A stretch of DNA of 64,000 nucleotides from Dehalococcoidales bacterium (GTDB lineage: Bacteria > Chloroflexota > Dehalococcoidia > Dehalococcoidales > RBG-16-60-22), in the NCBI GenBank assembly GCA_028712355.1, contig JAQTQH010000001.1, positions 9,864-73,863 on the forward strand, given 5' to 3'. The notes beneath the pieces were generated by a model that saw only the letters and a program-made list of their open reading frames with translations, was not told the origin of the DNA and ran no database searches. Within the stretch, counting starts at the first letter, position 1. Each line of letters starts with the position of its first letter. This document shows, one piece after another, positions 35,495 to 44,122 of the stretch. Both the position numbers and the translations under genes were made by a program.

Positions 35495-35563
35495 GTCATT
35501 GCGAGCGAGGCAGTCTCGAGGGGGGAAGGAGATTGCTTCGTCGTTTTGAACCCTCGCAATGAT
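35495..35563 (+). repeat. Family B structured repeat, copy B2 (complete, 69 nt)
   Basis: GTCATTGCGAG...CTCGCAATGAT outer inverted termini and an inner GCAGTCTC/GAGATTGC hairpin. Starts 2 nt after the stop codon. Confidence 0.65.
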
Positions 35564-35630
35564 ACGGTAACTTCCCTAGATTGCCCCCTCGTGATATACT
35601 AACTCTATCTGCCGGAGGGTGGAGGGATAT

Positions 35631-36143
35631 ATGCCCCGTAAATTGAAGACAGACCCGCAAATCCTGGAAATGCCCGCCCAGAAAATGGCGGTGGTCTACG
35701 GCAAAGGCGCTCCGGATAAAGTCTTCCCCGTGGTCTTTCCGGCGCTCTATGGCGCAGTCTATACGCTCAAGTTTGACCTTAAAAAGAGAGGACTGCCTAC
35801 CTTCAAGGTCGGGCCGCTCCGTTCCCGCTACCCGGATGCGCACCTCGTGCCGATGAACGAGTGGACGATTGTGACCGGTTTGCCCATTCCCGCCGATACC
35901 GAGTCGCTGCCCCAGAAAATCGGCAGTCCGGATGTGCGGATTGAAGAGTGGGCATACGGTACGGTGGCGCAAATCCTGCACCTCGGGGCATACGACCAGG
36001 AGCAGGAATCCATCGAGAAGCTGCACCGATTCATCCAGGAAAACGGTTACGAACTCGCCGGCGCGCACGAGGAGGAGTACCTCACCACGCAAGACGCCAA
36101 GGTAATTAAGACGGTTATCAGATACCGGATTAAGAAGAAGTAA
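35631..36143 (+). CDS. GyrI-like small-molecule-binding domain protein
   Basis: 170 aa from ATG 35631 (GGAGGG RBS); the ORF track gives GTG 35619. The pattern of duplicated beta-alpha-beta-beta modules is typical of the GyrI-like/SOUL fold. Motif-level call. Confidence 0.6.
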   Translation: MPRKLKTDPQILEMPAQKMAVVYGKGAPDKVFPVVFPALYGAVYTLKFDLKKRGLPTFKVGPLRSRYPDAHLVPMNEWTIVTGLPIPADTESLPQKIGSPDVRIEEWAYGTVAQILHLGAYDQEQESIEKLHRFIQENGYELAGAHEEEYLTTQDAKVIKTVIRYRIKKK

Positions 36144-36195
36144 TTGGGCGTTTTGCCCCCTTTGAAAAAAGGAAAACAAGAAGGGTTTTCACCTC

Positions 36196-36227
36196 GCCTT
36201 CCGGATTCCCGCTTTCGCGGGAATGAC
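36196..36227 (+). repeat. Family A repeat, 3' fragment (copy A4)
   Basis: CCGGATTCCCGCTTTCGCGGGAATGAC matches the right end of the reverse complement of A1 with one change. The left part is not recognisable. Confidence 0.45.
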
Positions 36228-36251
36228 ACATTACTTTAAGGATACCTATCT

Positions 36252-37427
36252 ATGGGAATTAGTGTTGATCTTGATAAATGCATCGGTTGCGGCAGTTGCG
36301 TGCCGGTCTGTCCCTACGCCTTAATCGAATTAGTCGATGATAAGATACACATCAAAGAAGGCTGCACCCTCTGCGGCGCCTGCCGCGACGCCTGCGCCAG
36401 CGAAGCCATCAACATCGAGACGGCTCCGGTCGCTGCGCCGGTGAGCGCCGGACGCGGCGTGTGGGTCTTCGCCGAGCAGCGGGACAGCAAGCTAAAAGGC
36501 GTCGGCTATGAACTGCTGGCGAAGGGCAGAGAGCTGGCAAATACCCTGCAGACCGAGCTTACCGCGGTGTGCTTCGGCTCGGGAATTACGGAAGCGGACA
36601 ATCTGATTGCCGCCGGCGCCGATAAGGTCTATCTATTAGATAGCTCTGAATTCGCTTCCAATCCGGAAGAGCTGTGCGCCAGCCAGCTCGTCAACCTTAT
36701 CCGGCAGCACCAGCCGGAGATTGTGCTCACCGGCGCCACCGCGTTGGGGCGCGCGCTCATCCCCCGCGTGGCGGCACAGCTCAAGACCGGACTCACCGCC
36801 GATTGCACCGGGCTGGAAATCGACCCTGCCAATAAGCTTTTGCTCCAGACCCGCCCCGCCTGGGGCGGCAACATCATGGCAACCATCATCTGCCCCGCCC
36901 AACGACCCCAGATGGCGACGGTGCGCCCCCGCGTTTTCAAGCGGAATACACCGGACAAGACCCGCAAAGGCCAAATCATCAAGCTCGATTTCAACCATGA
37001 AAAAGTCACCGCCAAGACGAAGCTGCTCGACTTTGTCGCCGACCTGGCCCAGACCGTAAAGCTGGAGGATGCTGATGTCATCGTGGCGGGGGGACGGGGG
37101 CTGGGCAAGACGGAGAATTTTGCCCTGATTAAAGAGCTGGCGGAGGCACTGGGCGGAGCGCTGGGTTCCTCGCGCCCGCCGGTGGACGAGGGGTGGCTGC
37201 CCTACGCTCACCAGGTCGGACAGACCGGCAAGACCGTCTGCCCCAAGCTATACATTGCCTGCGGCATTTCCGGGGCGGTGCAGCACCTCGCCGGGATGCA
37301 GACGGCAGAGTGCATCATCGCTATCAATGACGACCCCCGCGCCCCCATCTTCGAGGTAGCGACCTACGGCATCGTCGGAGACCTGTTCAAAGTGGTGCCG
37401 CTGATGGTGCAGAAATTAAAGAGGTGA
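36252..37427 (+). CDS. etfA: Electron transfer flavoprotein alpha subunit with N-terminal 2x[4Fe-4S] ferredoxin domain
   Basis: 391 aa. CIGCGSCVPVCP and CTLCGACRDAC clusters followed by the EtfA FAD domain (GRGLG..ENF, QVGQTGK.V.P.LYIA.GISGA.QH..G). No etfB adjacent. Confidence 0.88.
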   Translation: MGISVDLDKCIGCGSCVPVCPYALIELVDDKIHIKEGCTLCGACRDACASEAINIETAPVAAPVSAGRGVWVFAEQRDSKLKGVGYELLAKGRELANTLQTELTAVCFGSGITEADNLIAAGADKVYLLDSSEFASNPEELCASQLVNLIRQHQPEIVLTGATALGRALIPRVAAQLKTGLTADCTGLEIDPANKLLLQTRPAWGGNIMATIICPAQRPQMATVRPRVFKRNTPDKTRKGQIIKLDFNHEKVTAKTKLLDFVADLAQTVKLEDADVIVAGGRGLGKTENFALIKELAEALGGALGSSRPPVDEGWLPYAHQVGQTGKTVCPKLYIACGISGAVQHLAGMQTAECIIAINDDPRAPIFEVATYGIVGDLFKVVPLMVQKLKR

Positions 37428-37497
37428 CACGCTTGCGTCACGCTGCTTTATTATCTTATAATTAAAAGTTAAGTTATGCGGGTAGGAGTAGCTGATT

Positions 37498-38010
37498 GTG
37501 GAAATCAACGTTGCCGGGCTGCTTCATGATAACATCGGCGCGGTCCGGGAATATGATATTGAGGGGGCGGAAATTACCGCCGAGGATATTAATACCCGGG
37601 AGGTGTCCGGTAAGGTCAAACTGATACGCACGCCGAGCGGCATCCTGGCGGATGGTGAATTCAGCGGAGAAGTGGAACTGGTCTGCAGCCGCTGCCTGAG
37701 CGCCTTCCGCTATCCGTTCACAGTGCGCTTCCAGGAGGAATATCTCCCCACGATTGACATCAACAGCGGGGTGCCGCTGCCGGAGCCGGATGAGCCGGGG
37801 GCTTTCCGAATTGACGACCACCATACTATCGATGTGGATGAGGCGATAAGACAATATGTTGTGATGGCGCTGCCCATGAAGCCGCTCTGCAAGGAGAATT
37901 GCGCGGGCTTGTGCCAGAGCTGCGGACAGAACCTGAACAAGGGAGACTGCAAGTGCCCACCGGAGACTACCGACCCGCGATGGGCGAAACTGAGCGAAGT
38001 AAGAAAATAA
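37498..38010 (+). CDS. yceD: YceD/DUF177 family protein (ribosome-associated, upstream of rpmF)
   Basis: 170 aa. C-terminal CxxxCxGLCxxCGxNLN motif (CKENCAGLCQSCGQNLNKGDCKC). Conserved position before rpmF. Confidence 0.85.
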   Translation: MEINVAGLLHDNIGAVREYDIEGAEITAEDINTREVSGKVKLIRTPSGILADGEFSGEVELVCSRCLSAFRYPFTVRFQEEYLPTIDINSGVPLPEPDEPGAFRIDDHHTIDVDEAIRQYVVMALPMKPLCKENCAGLCQSCGQNLNKGDCKCPPETTDPRWAKLSEVRK

Positions 38011-38033
38011 TACGCGAAAGAACGGAGTAGACT

Positions 38034-38234
38034 ATGGCAGCTTTACCAAAAAAGAAAATAACCGCAAAACGCAGGGGCGACCGGCGGGCACATTCCGCGC
38101 TCAAAGCGCCGCAGTTGGAATCCTGCCCGCAGTGTCATAGCCCCAAATTGCCCCACCATGTCTGCCCGACCTGCGGCACCTACAACGGGCGGGAAGTCAT
38201 CAAAATGGAAGCGGCACCCAAGAAGACCGAATAA
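38034..38234 (+). CDS. rpmF: 50S ribosomal protein L32 (Zn-binding form)
   Basis: 66 aa. CPQC...CPTCG. Confidence 0.93.
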   Translation: MAALPKKKITAKRRGDRRAHSALKAPQLESCPQCHSPKLPHHVCPTCGTYNGREVIKMEAAPKKTE

Positions 38235-38297
38235 CAACGCTCCTACCAACGGCGTCCCAGTATCTCCTTAATCATTTTACCCGGGAGGTTGATTGAG

Positions 38298-39212
38298 ATG
38301 ACTAAGGTAGCCTTTGTTTTCCCCGGACAGGGTTCACAGAACGTGGGGATGGGTCGCGACCTCTACGAAAGTTTCCCGGCAGCCAGAGCCGTTTTCGATG
38401 AAGCGGACAAAGTGCTGGGGTTTCCCATTTCACAACTATGCTTTTCCGGCCCCGAAGATGAGCTGCGCAAGACTGTCAACGCCCAGCCGGCGCTGGTTAC
38501 CGCCAGCTATGCCTGTTTACAGGCGGTACGTGAGGCGGGCAACAAATCGCCGCCGGACTTTGTCGCAGGACACAGCCTCGGCGAATATACCGCACTGGCG
38601 GTTGCCGGAGTGCTCAGCTTCGCCGATGCGGTAAAACTGGCGCGGGAGCGCGGGCGGCTGATGTACGAGGCGGGACTGGCGCAGCCAGGCAGCATGGCAG
38701 CGGTACTGGGCATGGACGAAGCGGTACTCGCCGGAGTATGCCGCGCGACCGGAGTCTGGCTCGCCAATATCAACTGCCCCGGGCAACTCGTCATTTCTGG
38801 TGCCGTAGCGAACCTCAACCAGGCGATGGAACAGGCAAAAGCAAAGGGCGCCAGCCGGGTTATCCCGTTGCAGGTAAGCGGAGCTTTCCACACCCCCCTC
38901 ATGCAGCCCGCCGCTGACGGGCTCGATAAAATGATTACCTCTTTACAGTTCCGCGAGCCAGCTATTCCGGTTATCGGCAATGTTACCGCTCAACCGCTAT
39001 CCTCCGCGCAGGCGGTAAAGGAAGAGCTATTAAAGCAGTTGACCAGCCCGGTGCAGTGGCAGCGCTCGGTGGAATATATGGCGGCGCATGGCGTGACCAC
39101 CTTCTACGAAATCGGCCCCGGCAAGGTGCTCGCCGGACTTATCAAGCGCATCAACAAAGAAGCAAACACCATAAACGTGGGAGATGCAGCGGCGGTAAGA
39201 GCTTTAGTTTGA
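38298..39212 (+). CDS. fabD: Malonyl-CoA:ACP transacylase
   Basis: FVFPGQGSQ, GHSLGEY active-site serine, VSGAFHT. ATG 38298 (GGGAGG RBS) is preferred over the ORF-track TTG at 38289. Confidence 0.93.
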   Translation: MTKVAFVFPGQGSQNVGMGRDLYESFPAARAVFDEADKVLGFPISQLCFSGPEDELRKTVNAQPALVTASYACLQAVREAGNKSPPDFVAGHSLGEYTALAVAGVLSFADAVKLARERGRLMYEAGLAQPGSMAAVLGMDEAVLAGVCRATGVWLANINCPGQLVISGAVANLNQAMEQAKAKGASRVIPLQVSGAFHTPLMQPAADGLDKMITSLQFREPAIPVIGNVTAQPLSSAQAVKEELLKQLTSPVQWQRSVEYMAAHGVTTFYEIGPGKVLAGLIKRINKEANTINVGDAAAVRALV

Positions 39213-39256
39213 TCTGAAAGGGAAGCCCGAAGGGGCTCTGCCCCTTCGGAAAAATA

Positions 39257-39301
39257 CCTTCCCTTCCCTGCACTATCGGGAAGGGGTCAGGGGATAGGTC
39301 A
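39257..39301 (+). repeat. Family C-like repeat variant (CCTTCCC-N9-GGGAAGG GGTCAGGGGATAGG)
   Basis: Same architecture as family C, with T/C swaps retained on both hairpin arms. Preceded by the hairpin CGAAGGGGC-TCT-GCCCCTTCG at 39227-39249. Confidence 0.4.
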
Positions 39302-39339
39302 CCTACCTTATACTTGCAGTACCAATTAAGGAGATTTAA

Positions 39340-40092
39340 ATGAATCTTGCGGATAAGGTCGCGATCGTGACGGGGAGCGGGCGGGGCATCGGCAAAGCCA
39401 TCGCCCTTAAACTTGCAGCGGCAGGTGCTAACGTGGTTATCAATGACGTGGGCGACCCGGCAGTGGCGGATGGAGTTGCCGCAGAAATCAAGGCGCTGGG
39501 GCGGCAGAGCCTGGCAATTACCGCCGATGTCAGTTCGCCGGCGGAAGTTACCGCCATGATAGATAAGACCCTCGCCGCCTTCGGCAAGGTTGATATCCTG
39601 GTTAACAACGCCGGCATCACCCGCGACCAACTCCTTTTACGCATGTCCGATGACGATTGGGACAAGGTGCTCACCATTGACCTGAAGAGCGTTTTCCTGT
39701 GCACTCGCGCCGTGCTGCGTCCCATGCTCAAAGCGCGCTGGGGACGCATCATCAGCCTCTCCAGTATCGTGGGTATCGTCGGCAATGCTGGCCAGGCAAA
39801 CTACTCTTCGGCGAAGGCAGGCATCATCGGCTTTACCCGCTCCATAGCCAAAGAGGTCGCTTCGCGCGGCATCACGGCGAACGCCGTCGCCCCCGGTTTT
39901 ATCGATACCGAGATGACCCGCAGGCTCACCGAGGAGCAGCGGCAGACTGCCTCAAAGCAGATACCGGTCGGTTACCTCGGCTCCCCTGATGATGTCGCAA
40001 CCGCCATCGTCTTCCTGGCTTCCGAGGAGGCAAGGTACATCACCGGACAGGTGCTCAACGTGGACGGCGGGCTGGCCGGCGCCTGGATGTAA
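39340..40092 (+). CDS. fabG: 3-oxoacyl-ACP reductase
   Basis: 250 aa SDR. TGSGRGIG, NNAG, YSSAKAG catalytic motif. Confidence 0.92.
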   Translation: MNLADKVAIVTGSGRGIGKAIALKLAAAGANVVINDVGDPAVADGVAAEIKALGRQSLAITADVSSPAEVTAMIDKTLAAFGKVDILVNNAGITRDQLLLRMSDDDWDKVLTIDLKSVFLCTRAVLRPMLKARWGRIISLSSIVGIVGNAGQANYSSAKAGIIGFTRSIAKEVASRGITANAVAPGFIDTEMTRRLTEEQRQTASKQIPVGYLGSPDDVATAIVFLASEEARYITGQVLNVDGGLAGAWM

Positions 40093-40096
40093 TGGC

Positions 40097-41017
40097 ATGA
40101 CCGAAAAGTTTGCCGTCCAGGACATCACCCCTGATTTGAAGCTCATCGAACTCAAGCCGCCTTTTCCCGGCTTTGAAAACTTTTTGGGAACCTACGTTTT
40201 TACCGGGAAAAAGAAGGCAATTATCGAGGTCGGCCCGCGCTCTGCGATGCCTTCGCTGCTAGCCACGCTGGCACATCTCGGCATCAAGGTATCCGATATT
40301 GATTATGTCATCCTGACGCACATCCACCTCGACCATGCCAGCGGCATCGGGACGATTATGAAGCAGATGCCCGGAGCGAAGCTTATCGTCCATCCCCGCG
40401 CCCGCCCCCACCTGATTGACCCGACTCGTCTGTGGCAATCCAGTTTAGCCACCATCGGCGAACTGGCGTACCAGTACGGTGAAATCGAGCCGGTACCCGC
40501 CGAACGCATCATTGATGCCGCCGACAGGATGAAGCTGGACCTGGGCAACGGTCTGATGCTGGAAATCTATTTGACTCCCGGGCATGCCTCCCACCACCTC
40601 TCCATTTTCGAACGGCGCAACGGCGTGTTGCTTGCCGGGGAAGCGGCGGGGGTCTGCATGGGAGACAGCCTGCGCGTGACCACGCCGCCGCCCTTCCGCA
40701 TGGAGGAGACGCTGGCTTCCCTCGACCGGCTGATTGCGCTGGAGCCGCGGAAAATCTGCTATGCCCACTTCGGCTGCTATGACCATCCTCTGGACAGGAT
40801 GAAGCAGGTGCGCCGGAAGCTGCTGGAATGGCAGGAGATTATCCGCGCCGAAGCCGCCAAAGGCAAGAGCCCCGAAGAAATCCTGGCGCGGCTGCGGCAG
40901 ACCGATGCCGGTCTGGGCTATCTCAGCACTGTCTCACCCGCCGAGTTTGACCGGGAATACGCCCTCATCCTCAACAGCGTGAAGGGCATCTACCAGTCGG
41001 TCAAAGAGACTCGCTAG
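40097..41017 (+). CDS. MBL-fold metallo-hydrolase
   Basis: THIHLDHASG metal motif. The ORF track starts inside fabG (39989). ATG 40097 (MTEKFAV) lies 4 nt after the fabG stop. Confidence 0.8.
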   Translation: MTEKFAVQDITPDLKLIELKPPFPGFENFLGTYVFTGKKKAIIEVGPRSAMPSLLATLAHLGIKVSDIDYVILTHIHLDHASGIGTIMKQMPGAKLIVHPRARPHLIDPTRLWQSSLATIGELAYQYGEIEPVPAERIIDAADRMKLDLGNGLMLEIYLTPGHASHHLSIFERRNGVLLAGEAAGVCMGDSLRVTTPPPFRMEETLASLDRLIALEPRKICYAHFGCYDHPLDRMKQVRRKLLEWQEIIRAEAAKGKSPEEILARLRQTDAGLGYLSTVSPAEFDREYALILNSVKGIYQSVKETR

Positions 41018-41094
41018 TGTAGTGTCACCGTAATACCTTTACAATGAGTCTAAGGTCGCCCATTGTAAAGCTGTCGTTGAGATACTACACTAGC
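41013..41094. other. 82-nt extended imperfect hairpin overlapping the MBL hydrolase stop codon
   Basis: Perfect 11-bp outer arms GCTAGTGTAGT/ACTACACTAGC and perfect 10-bp inner arms CTTTACAATG/CATTGTAAAG. They are separated by a symmetric 13x13 internal loop, with a 14-nt apical loop. Confidence 0.5.
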
Positions 41095-41095
41095 T

Positions 41096-41247
41096 GTCAT
41101 TACAAGCGAAGCAATCCTTGCTGTTTTCCCTTCTCCCTTGATGGGAGAAGGTCAGGATGAGGGTGAAATTTCTGCCTAATCTAAATCTACCCCTCACCTT
41201 TTTCCTCTCCCACAAGGGGAGAGGAAACATTTGCTCCTCGCAATGAC
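41096..41247 (+). repeat. Composite repeat: family B termini enclosing an inverted pair of family C units
   Basis: GTCATTACAAGCGAAGCAATCC ... [C unit 41128-41166] ... [inverted C unit 41188-41225] ... TTGCTCCTCGCAATGAC. Confidence 0.6.
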
Positions 41248-41257
41248 ACAGTCAGTA

Positions 41258-42427
41258 TTACCACACGGACTCGAATATTTTTGTGGCGTCCGCGCGGGTG
41301 CAGTGGCGCGGGTTCTGCTCAACCAGCCGGTCCTGATACTCAAACAGGATATCCACCGCCTTCTTGATATCCTCTTTCTTCATGCCGATATCGCGCAGCC
41401 GCTGCGGAATGCCCACATCGATGGAGAGCTGGCGGATAGCCTCGATGCCCGCTTCCGCCTTTTCCCGCGCGCTTAGCCCCTCGACATTTTCACCCATCAG
41501 CATGGCGATGCGCCCGAATTTATCCAGGTTGGCAATCATGTTGAAGGACATGATGGCGCAGAGCATCAGCGAGCAGGATTCGCCGTGGGTCAGGTTATGC
41601 ATCACCGATTGGAGTGCGTGTGCCATGCCGTGCCCCAGGTTCGCGCCCACGCTGAGCATCGGGTTGCAGGCAATCATCGAAGCAAAGGACATGTTATAGC
41701 GGGCTTCCACGTTCTCGGCGCCCTTGGCATAGGCGGCGCGCAGGTTAGCGCCGATGAGCCGGATGGCTTCCCCGGCGAGCATATCCGCCCAGAGATTGGG
41801 GCGGTAGCCGGTGTATTCCTCAATGGCATGGGTCAGGGCGTCCATGCCGGTATCAGCGGTGACCTTGGGCGGGCAGTCCAGCGTCAGCAGCGGATCGACG
41901 ATGGCGTAATCTGGAACCAGATAAGCGCTGCGCATCGCCGCCTTGCGCCCTTCATTCATCACAACGATGGGCATCGTCCACTCCGAACCGGTGCCGGAGG
42001 TAGTAGGTATCATAATTTTGGGCAGACCGCGGCGGGGGACTTTATCCGTGCCCAGCCATTGGCTGATGTCCGTCTTATCGATATTCTTGTAGTCGGCGAG
42101 GACGCTGGCGGCTTTGGCGTTGTCCATCGTGCTGCCGCCCCCCACCCCGATAATCATGTTACAGCCGTTCGCCTGTGCGGCTTTCGCCGTCGCCACGATA
42201 TTCTCAATCGGGTTATTCGGTTCCACTTCCGAAAAAACGGCGTGTGCGATGCCGGCTTCTTCGAGAGATTTTTTGACCTTGTTCAGCGTTTCCGATTTGG
42301 CGATGACCGCGCCGGTAACCAGCAACGCTTTCCTAGCGCCCAGTTCTTTAGCTGTCTTCCCCACTTCACTGACGACACCGTTGCCGAAGATAGTGTTGGG
42401 GACGCGGATGGAAAAGCTGTGTAACAT
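41258..42427 (-). CDS. Iron-containing (group III) alcohol dehydrogenase
   Basis: 389 aa. GGGSTMDNAK NAD motif and the His-rich metal site (HAIE, HGMAHAL, HGES). Confidence 0.9.
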   Translation of the reverse strand: MLHSFSIRVPNTIFGNGVVSEVGKTAKELGARKALLVTGAVIAKSETLNKVKKSLEEAGIAHAVFSEVEPNNPIENIVATAKAAQANGCNMIIGVGGGSTMDNAKAASVLADYKNIDKTDISQWLGTDKVPRRGLPKIMIPTTSGTGSEWTMPIVVMNEGRKAAMRSAYLVPDYAIVDPLLTLDCPPKVTADTGMDALTHAIEEYTGYRPNLWADMLAGEAIRLIGANLRAAYAKGAENVEARYNMSFASMIACNPMLSVGANLGHGMAHALQSVMHNLTHGESCSLMLCAIMSFNMIANLDKFGRIAMLMGENVEGLSAREKAEAGIEAIRQLSIDVGIPQRLRDIGMKKEDIKKAVDILFEYQDRLVEQNPRHCTRADATKIFESVW

Positions 42428-42477
42428 GACTGCCTCCTTAAATACTAATCCGCTATTCGCATAAAAGAAACGCCTGC

Positions 42478-43302
42478 TTAAAGCAAGAACTTCCGGATGG
42501 CTGCCGCCAGCCCATGCTCATCGACATCCAGGGTAACATGGTGGGCGATGGACTTGACCTCGTGGGAAGCGTTGCCCATCGCGATGGCCAGACCCACCGT
42601 CGAAAGCTGGGAAATATCGTTACTGCCGTCTCCGATGGCGATGATCGCCTCGAGAGGTATCTTAAGACGTGCCGCCAGTTTTTTAAGGGCGTTGCCTTTG
42701 GAGACCCCTGACGCAAGGAGATTGTTGAAGACCACGCCCGGATAGACGGGGGTGCGCGCCCGGGAAACGTAAACCGCCTCCCCGAAGTGTTTTATCAATT
42801 TCTCTGCCTGCGCTTCTTCCTGCGTATTGGTGGTCACCAGTCCGGCTTTGATGATGCGCTCCTTGTCCCAGAGCCCGTCCAGGCTCCGGATGACCGCTTC
42901 GATGCCGAAGAACTCGCGGTGTGCCTTCGCCGACCAGGTCTCGCCGTGGGTAAAGTAGCGTGTCCTCGAAAACAGCTCAAGGTCGGTTTTCTCCCGCCGG
43001 GCATATTCCACCATTTCTTTGACCAGTAACGGGGCAAGAGGTTGAACGTAGACCTCCTCAGAGAGGTCGGCACGGGTTACCAGAGCGCCATCGAAGAAGA
43101 TATGATAGCCGCTATCGAGGGGGAGCTGCGCCAGAATCTCACGGCAGGAAGACAGCGACCTTCCCGTCGAGATAGCGACCTGCACCCCGGTGCGGTGCGC
43201 TTCAACGAGCGCGTCCCGGTTCTCGGGGGAGATTATTTTATTCCCGCCGACGAGCGTGCCGTCAATATCGACGACGAGAAGTTTATAGTGGTTTTTGGTC
43301 AA
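42478..43302 (-). CDS. Cof-type HAD-IIB family hydrolase (sugar-phosphate phosphatase-like)
   Basis: 274 aa. LLVVDIDGTL motif I, STGR motif II, GDGSNDISQL motif IV. Confidence 0.85.
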   Translation of the reverse strand: MTKNHYKLLVVDIDGTLVGGNKIISPENRDALVEAHRTGVQVAISTGRSLSSCREILAQLPLDSGYHIFFDGALVTRADLSEEVYVQPLAPLLVKEMVEYARREKTDLELFSRTRYFTHGETWSAKAHREFFGIEAVIRSLDGLWDKERIIKAGLVTTNTQEEAQAEKLIKHFGEAVYVSRARTPVYPGVVFNNLLASGVSKGNALKKLAARLKIPLEAIIAIGDGSNDISQLSTVGLAIAMGNASHEVKSIAHHVTLDVDEHGLAAAIRKFLL

Positions 43303-43453
43303 ATTCGGTACTCCCGCAGATACCGGATGAGGGTAGATGCGTCTTCCCGCGCAAACCCTCCGCCTAATTGTAGCATTGCCCGCCGCAGGTTGCCAAACGA
43401 AGAGCTAATCCCGTATATTGAAAAGGAACATACTGGAAATGGAGACTCCCGAC

Positions 43454-44122
43454 ATGAATGCCCCACCAAAACACAAGTACCTGGTCCAGTGCGATTTTGA
43501 CGGCACTATCACCAATAAGGACGTGAGCTTTTTGGCGCTGGATAAGTTCGCCGATGGCGACTGGCAGGCGCTCCTGCGGGAATACCAGACGGGCAAAATA
43601 CCGGTCGGCACCTTTAACACAAAGGCGTTCGCCATGATAAAAACCGATAAAAAAACGCTGCTCGATTTTATTCTGAACAACCCGGAACTGCACATCCGCC
43701 CCGGGTTCAAGGAACTGGTGGACTACTGCGAAGAGCACCGGCTGGAGTTCGTCATCGTCAGCAACGGGCAGGACTTTTACCTTGAAGCTATCTTGAAAAA
43801 GCTGGGCTTGCCGCATTTGCGGTTTTTCGCGGCGAAGAGCCGCTTCCTGCCCGACCGTCTCCAGGTGGACTACATCGCCCCCGATGGAACCATCACCGAG
43901 GAAGGCTTCAAGGACAAGCACACCGAGATGTTCCGCAGGCAGGGCTACCGCATCATCTACATCGGGAACGGCGTCTCGGACTACTCGCCCGCCCGCCAGG
44001 CCGATTATGTTTTCGCCACCGGCGAGCTGCTCCAGAGCTGCCGCGAAAATAACCTGAAGTGCCTCACCTTCGAAGACCTGCATGAAGTGGTGCAGGGTTT
44101 AAAAAATCTGAAGCTGGACTAG
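43454..44122 (+). CDS. HAD-IB family phosphatase (MtnX/PSPase-like)
   Basis: CDFDGTIT motif I, VSNG, GNGVSDYSPA motif IV. The ORF track starts at TTG 43418. ATG 43454 (GGAG 9 nt upstream) or ATG 43439 are likelier, so the start is uncertain. Confidence 0.75.
   Translation: MNAPPKHKYLVQCDFDGTITNKDVSFLALDKFADGDWQALLREYQTGKIPVGTFNTKAFAMIKTDKKTLLDFILNNPELHIRPGFKELVDYCEEHRLEFVIVSNGQDFYLEAILKKLGLPHLRFFAAKSRFLPDRLQVDYIAPDGTITEEGFKDKHTEMFRRQGYRIIYIGNGVSDYSPARQADYVFATGELLQSCRENNLKCLTFEDLHEVVQGLKNLKLD

Noticed and set aside
44119-44122. Convergent genes sharing stop-codon bases. HAD/xth overlap at the palindromic CTAG; nfeD/ychF overlap by 11 nt at 18740-18750.
   Set aside because: This is common in compact genomes and needs no special mechanism. 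It is noted only because it leaves no room for terminators.
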